This document shows positions 28,293-32,000 of a stretch of 32,000 bases of DNA, piece after piece. The stretch's first letter is position 1. Every line of letters starts with the position of its first letter. Source of the stretch: Bacteroidales bacterium (GTDB lineage: Bacteria > Bacteroidota > Bacteroidia > Bacteroidales > UBA932); contig JAFUFS010000051.1 of the NCBI GenBank assembly GCA_017469745.1, forward strand, positions 15,222 through 47,221, given 5' to 3'. A program made the translations under genes and the position numbers. The notes under the pieces were generated by a model. The model searched no databases, had not been told where the DNA came from, and saw only the letters and a program-made list of their open reading frames with translations.

Positions 28293-28428
28293 ATTATGTC
28301 TGTTCGGCCCGTTGTTCAGATCATTGTTGATAACTTTTTTTCATGATCATCCGGATGCAAAATCCACATTGGAGGCCCTTAATTTGAATCATTTTGATTA
28401 GCCACTTGCAGAACCTTCATTTTCTGTC

Positions 28429-28447
28429 CTTTAAGTGTAACTTAAAG
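28429..28447. promoter_or_regulatory. perfect 8-3-8 palindrome CTTTAAGT-gta-ACTTAAAG upstream of the islet operon
   Basis: Read directly. It lies about 110 nt upstream of the small ORF at 28555, in AT-rich non-coding DNA. Confidence 0.3.
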
Positions 28448-28554
28448 ATTTGGAATTCACCCGAAAAATTCATAAAAATGCAAGACTTTGGCTTTGAAAA
28501 ATTAACCGCATTTTTAGGCAAAATTTATTAATCATAAAATTCAAAATTTGTAGT

Positions 28555-28689
28555 ATGAAAAAGAAACTAATGTATGAAGTTCCCGACGCGGAACTGATCG
28601 AGCTGAAAGCTCAAGGAGTCTTTATGGCCTCAGTAGAAGGCGAGTCTATTCAATCACTCGAGTATGACTCTGATGAGTTGAATTGTTAA
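28555..28689 (+). CDS. 44-aa acidic small ORF (below the ORF-track cutoff), possible leader-type peptide
   Basis: ATG...TAA reads MKKKLMYEVPDAELIELKAQGVFMASVEGESIQSLEYDSDELNC. It ends 14 nt before the lipoprotein ATG (28704). It has no signal peptide. Coding status is unproven. Confidence 0.4.
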   Translation: MKKKLMYEVPDAELIELKAQGVFMASVEGESIQSLEYDSDELNC

Positions 28690-28703
28690 TTATGTGTAGA
28701 CTT

Positions 28704-30782
28704 ATGAAAAAGAATTTATTCTTCATAGCTAGCACCATCTTTATGGTTCTTGCTGTTACTAATTGTTCTAAAGAGATTATTGATCCTTCAAATGATAATG
28801 ACATTCAAAAGGGATCTTCTTTTGAGCTTATTGCCACACCAGTTGAGACAAGAACAGAGAATGATGGCATGAACACTAAATGGGTCAGCGGTGACGCGAT
28901 AAATGTGTTCCATGCTGAAGAAGAAACTACTAACTATGTTAGTGATGGCGAATTTATAATCACAGATGTTTCTACCAATCGATTCCAAGGAACTGTTTCT
29001 GAAACTCTTGAAGCTGACAAGAAGTATGATTGGTATATGTTCTATCCTTATAGCTCCCATATTACTACTCCCGCTAATACGAACGCTGGTTATACTGTTG
29101 TTGGTAGTAGGAATAATGGAAATCAGACGCAGGCTGGTAATAATAACAAGGCCCATATTGCGGGCCCCAATTATCCACTTATTGGAGTACTTCCCTCTGT
29201 TGCAAGTACGGAGGTTCCTAAAGTGAGCGTGAATCAGGTGTGTTCCTTCATAGAGTTTAATGTTAAGAATACTTCGAGTGAGGACCTTGTCGTTAAAAGT
29301 ATTGTCTTTACAGCCACGGAAGACATTGTTGGAACGTATTATATAAATTTCATCGATCCTGAGAATGTAGTGTTCACTCCCAGTACCAATGATGATGGAA
29401 CGTATACTTATGCCTCTGAGAAGGCGGTCCTGAATGTTACTGATGGAGAGACAATTGCTAATGGTAATAGCGCAGCCTTTTATATTGGAATAAAGCCTTT
29501 CAGTGTTTCTTCCGGAACGTTGAAGGTTGCTGTCAATGGGTATGAGAAGGAAATAAATATCACCAAGAGTACCTCATTCTCCGCAGGAAAAATCAAGAAG
29601 ATAAACTTCGATTATAACAAGGAGGCGGAAGTATTACCTGTTTATGACAATACTTCGGCAGACTATTCGACTGGCTTCGAGGATGGCTTTACTGCCGGAA
29701 CAGCTTACAACAATACGCTTGAGAAGCTTGATGGTCCAGAGAATGAGCAGTGGGCATCATACTACGGAACCGTTTCCACGAGTTCAAAACTCAATGGTAA
29801 TAATTCAATGCAAATGCGTTGGTATACTTCAGCTGCTAAAAATCTTGGATATGCCCGTACAAACTTTAAAGTTGCTAAAGTTGGTTCTGTCTCTTTCTCA
29901 GCGGCCGCCACTAACAATTTGAATCTTTCTCTGTTCTACATGACTGAAAAAGATGAAGATTGGGTTCTAGCTCAAACGTTTACCCTGACATCGACATCGA
30001 AGCAGTATAGTTATGAGTTCTCTTCTCCTATTGAGAATGCCCAGTTGAAATTCCAGATTGCTCTTCCTGCGACAAATCCTTCAAGCAATTCGAATGTGCG
30101 AATAGATGATGTTGTCGTTTCTAAGGATGTACCTGTTGTGGAACTGGCTTCCATCGCCATTACTAAGAATCCCACCAAGACTACGTATACCCTAGGTGAA
30201 GAATTTGTTTTTGACGGAGAGGTAACTGCTACCTATTCCGATGGGTCTACAGTCGTTGTTACTGATGATATTGAATCTGACGGCGCAACAGTAGTAGCTA
30301 CTGTGGGTGTAGATAAGACCGTTACTATCTCTTACACTGACGGTGAAATTACTAAGACTTCTACGTATGAGATTACTGTAAACGACCCTGATGCTTCTTA
30401 TATAGAGGTTCCTTCTCAGACGATCACCTTCTCTGAACTTGGGTATGACAATGGTGCCGAGGTAAGCCAGGTTGATGGGACCAACTGTGGCATAAACTTC
30501 AATAAGGGAACAAATTCTAATACGCCGAAGTATTATACCTCAGGTAATGCAGTTCGTGCATATGGTGGAAACTTCTTTATTGTTACAGTTGAAGAGGGTT
30601 ATCAGATCAGTTCCATAGAGCTGACCTTTGGCTCTAGCGATGGCTCAAATGCTATTACCACGGATAAGGGAACATATTCCGATGGTAAATGGACTGGTTC
30701 CGTTCAGAATGGAGGTTCAGTTACCTTCACTATCGGAGGAACCACTGGAAATAGGAGAATCAGTTCTATTAAGATTAACTGA
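28704..30782 (+). CDS. multidomain surface lipoprotein: fimbrillin (Mfa-like) N-domain, jelly-roll/CBM-like domain, Big_3-type Ig-like domain, C-terminal beta-sandwich
   Basis: ATG 28704 gives MKKNLFFIASTIFMVLAVTNCSKE (lipobox). TKWVSGDAINVF...YDWYMFYPY is a fimbrillin-like pattern. SIAITKNPTKTTYTLGEEFVFDGEVTATYSDGSTVVVT...VTISYTDGEITKTSTYEITV is a typical bacterial Ig-like (Big_3) repeat. It ends at TGA 30780-30782, which is in frame with the next ORF. Confidence 0.85.
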   Translation: MKKNLFFIASTIFMVLAVTNCSKEIIDPSNDNDIQKGSSFELIATPVETRTENDGMNTKWVSGDAINVFHAEEETTNYVSDGEFIITDVSTNRFQGTVSETLEADKKYDWYMFYPYSSHITTPANTNAGYTVVGSRNNGNQTQAGNNNKAHIAGPNYPLIGVLPSVASTEVPKVSVNQVCSFIEFNVKNTSSEDLVVKSIVFTATEDIVGTYYINFIDPENVVFTPSTNDDGTYTYASEKAVLNVTDGETIANGNSAAFYIGIKPFSVSSGTLKVAVNGYEKEINITKSTSFSAGKIKKINFDYNKEAEVLPVYDNTSADYSTGFEDGFTAGTAYNNTLEKLDGPENEQWASYYGTVSTSSKLNGNNSMQMRWYTSAAKNLGYARTNFKVAKVGSVSFSAAATNNLNLSLFYMTEKDEDWVLAQTFTLTSTSKQYSYEFSSPIENAQLKFQIALPATNPSSNSNVRIDDVVVSKDVPVVELASIAITKNPTKTTYTLGEEFVFDGEVTATYSDGSTVVVTDDIESDGATVVATVGVDKTVTISYTDGEITKTSTYEITVNDPDASYIEVPSQTITFSELGYDNGAEVSQVDGTNCGINFNKGTNSNTPKYYTSGNAVRAYGGNFFIVTVEEGYQISSIELTFGSSDGSNAITTDKGTYSDGKWTGSVQNGGSVTFTIGGTTGNRRISSIKIN

Positions 30783-30789
30783 AGCGGAT

Positions 30790-30808
30790 CCGGAGGCGGA
30801 ACCTCCGG
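30790..30808 (+). promoter_or_regulatory. perfect 7-bp GC-rich stem-loop (CCGGAGG-cggaa-CCTCCGG) starting 7 nt 3' of the in-frame UGA
   Basis: Read directly. The arms are at 30790-30796 and 30802-30808 with a 5-nt loop. No T-run follows, so it is not a typical terminator. Confidence 0.55.
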
Positions 30809-30854
30809 GGGCCAGACGGCTACAGCAATAGTAACTACTGGTGATGCTACGGAC

Positions 30855-32000
30855 GTGAGTTCGTCAGGGGCAACCCTGACCGCTTCTTTCTCGGGAGTTT
30901 CAACCGTCAATAAGCCAACAGACGTCTTATTCAAATACGGAACCTCTTCAGACAATTTGAATCAGACAATCGGTGCGATTGAGTCGATTAATTCGGGAAG
31001 CGGTGATTTTACTGCTATCTTGACTGAACTCAGTAGTGGCACGGCTTATTATTTCCAGGCCTACATGACGGTCTGGGATGAGGAGGCCAACGAGTACAAG
31101 ACGATTTCCGGTGACGTAATTAAGTTCGAAACAAACCCGAAAGGCGAGACTGGAGTCCAGCGTGGCTATTATGAGTTGCCATCTATGAGCACTGTAAAGA
31201 ATGGTGAGTATCTTGTAAGCTCCACAGATCCTAATACCTACTTTGCCTATCACATGTGCGCCGGCGGAGAAACATATTCATTCAACGGCAAACTGATTAC
31301 GGCACGTAATTACACGGTTTGTTTCAGTGGCGAAGACCATGTTGCATATTGGGTAGCGGCTCCTAGACATACCATGTATAATGGGAACAACAGGACAGAT
31401 AATTACAAAGCTGACCCGGACATCCCAAGTGATGTGCAATATCAGGCTGATAAGATAGGAGATGGTTGCAACAGAGGCCATATCTTAGGATCTGCTGAAC
31501 GAGGTGTCTCCAGTGCTACGAATAATCAGGTTTTCTATTTCAGCAATATAGCTCCGCAATTGCAGTCTGGTTTCAATACAGGCGGAGGTGGGTGGAATGA
31601 ACTTGAGGATTGGGTAGACGGTCAAGTATGTGCTGATACGCTCTATCAGGTTGTCGGTTGCTATTTCAAAGACTATACTGATGGCTATAAAAACAGCGTC
31701 AAGGCCAAGAAAATCAGCTACGGTGGCAGAACCGATGTCAGTTTCCCGACCATGTTCTACTACGTGCTGATCCGTACTAAAAAAGGTAATTCTGGCAAGG
31801 CGTTGAAGGATTGTTCAGCTGATGAACTCAAGTGTGCAGCTTTCGTCCGTTCGCACACCAATAACCTTAAGGGGCAGAAAGTTACTTCTGCAGAGATGAT
31901 GAGTGTGGCTGACCTAGAGAAAATAACGGGTTTCACCTATTTCGTCAATGTCCCTAATGCGCCAAAGAACACGGTCAATGCTTCCGATTGGGGACTGTAA
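30855..32000 (+). CDS. FN3-like domain plus DNA/RNA non-specific endonuclease (Endonuclease_NS / Serratia-NucA family)
   Basis: The ORF-track start is GTG 30855, but the frame is open from 30783, directly after the upstream TGA. FN3-like: VTTGDATDVSSSGATLTASFSG...FKYGTSSDNL...YYFQAYM. Nuclease: GCNRGHILGSAER (the DRGH-type catalytic box), then NNQVFYFSNIAPQLQSGFNTGGGGWNELEDWV (the N...W..LE metal-site region). No signal peptide. TAA ends at nt 32000. Confidence 0.85.
   Translation: MSSSGATLTASFSGVSTVNKPTDVLFKYGTSSDNLNQTIGAIESINSGSGDFTAILTELSSGTAYYFQAYMTVWDEEANEYKTISGDVIKFETNPKGETGVQRGYYELPSMSTVKNGEYLVSSTDPNTYFAYHMCAGGETYSFNGKLITARNYTVCFSGEDHVAYWVAAPRHTMYNGNNRTDNYKADPDIPSDVQYQADKIGDGCNRGHILGSAERGVSSATNNQVFYFSNIAPQLQSGFNTGGGGWNELEDWVDGQVCADTLYQVVGCYFKDYTDGYKNSVKAKKISYGGRTDVSFPTMFYYVLIRTKKGNSGKALKDCSADELKCAAFVRSHTNNLKGQKVTSAEMMSVADLEKITGFTYFVNVPNAPKNTVNASDWGL

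Noticed and set aside
30780-30782. Genome-wide UGA reassignment (code 4/25) or selenocysteine as the explanation for the in-frame TGA
   Set aside because: TGA clearly terminates other genes here at sensible protein ends: the ATPase at 441, GH63 at 10772, GH2 at 12709, the LysO small ORF at 16368, the regulator at 21433 and the peptidase at 24411. That rules out reassignment. Sec is unlikely because the position is a Gly/Ser interdomain linker rather than a redox site, and I cannot see the bacterial SECIS apical-loop features. It remains testable by looking for sel genes.
30784-30812. GGATCC-GGA-GGC-GGA-ACC-TCC-GGG-GGC resembles an engineered Gly/Ser linker with a BamHI site, so I considered a cloning or chimeric-assembly artefact
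   Set aside because: Flanking composition, codon usage and domain logic (surface lipoprotein, then linker, then FN3, then nuclease) are continuous across the junction, and Gly/Ser/Thr linkers are common in Bacteroidota surface proteins. This cannot be excluded without reads, so it is noted as a caveat to the read-through finding.

Overview
This 32-kb window looks like a Bacteroidota (Bacteroidales-like) chromosome. The evidence is a SusC/SusD pair, many lipoprotein-type signal peptides, and TAnnTTTG -7 boxes in front of several genes. It holds about 25 tightly packed genes. I saw no rRNA, tRNA or CRISPR array.

Layout:
- 1-10.7 kb: housekeeping and transport genes. These are a nitroreductase 3' end, a P1B heavy-metal ATPase split by a frameshift, an SDR, a Spy/CpxP-like periplasmic protein, an AKR/Fe-S oxidoreductase, a DAACS symporter, an NhaC antiporter, a DUF3298 lipoprotein, and a CPA2 antiporter with RCK_C domains.
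- 10.8-23.0 kb, minus strand: one compact polysaccharide-utilisation-type operon. It runs susC-like, susD-like, a split LysO/DUF340 transporter pair, GH2 beta-galactosidase, then a YgjK-like GH63 lipoprotein. A TPR-TM-LuxR one-component regulator sits upstream.
- 23.0-26.4 kb, plus strand: a translationally coupled four-gene cassette. It encodes an HPr-kinase-like P-loop protein, an S24/S26-fold peptidase, a PqqD-type RRE and an ABC exporter.
- 26.6-28.2 kb: a beta-carbonic anhydrase and a degraded Rpn/PD-(D/E)XK 'transposase'.
- 28.2-32.0 kb: a visibly lower-GC islet. It encodes a 44-aa acidic peptide, a large multidomain surface lipoprotein and an FN3 plus DNA/RNA non-specific endonuclease module.

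Most worth a second look:
1. The RRE-centred cassette has no recognisable core enzyme other than the kinase-like protein, and no visible precursor gene.
2. An in-frame UGA followed by a perfect GC-rich hairpin is the only thing separating the lipoprotein from the endonuclease, which has no start codon or signal peptide of its own.
3. The PUL gene content (GH63, GH2, lysine-exporter-family transporter) may point to a glycosylated (hydroxy)lysine-type substrate.
4. A dispersed-repeat-like 21-bp duplication sits in frame inside the ABC ATPase domain.

All family calls are by eye from motifs. No searches were run.
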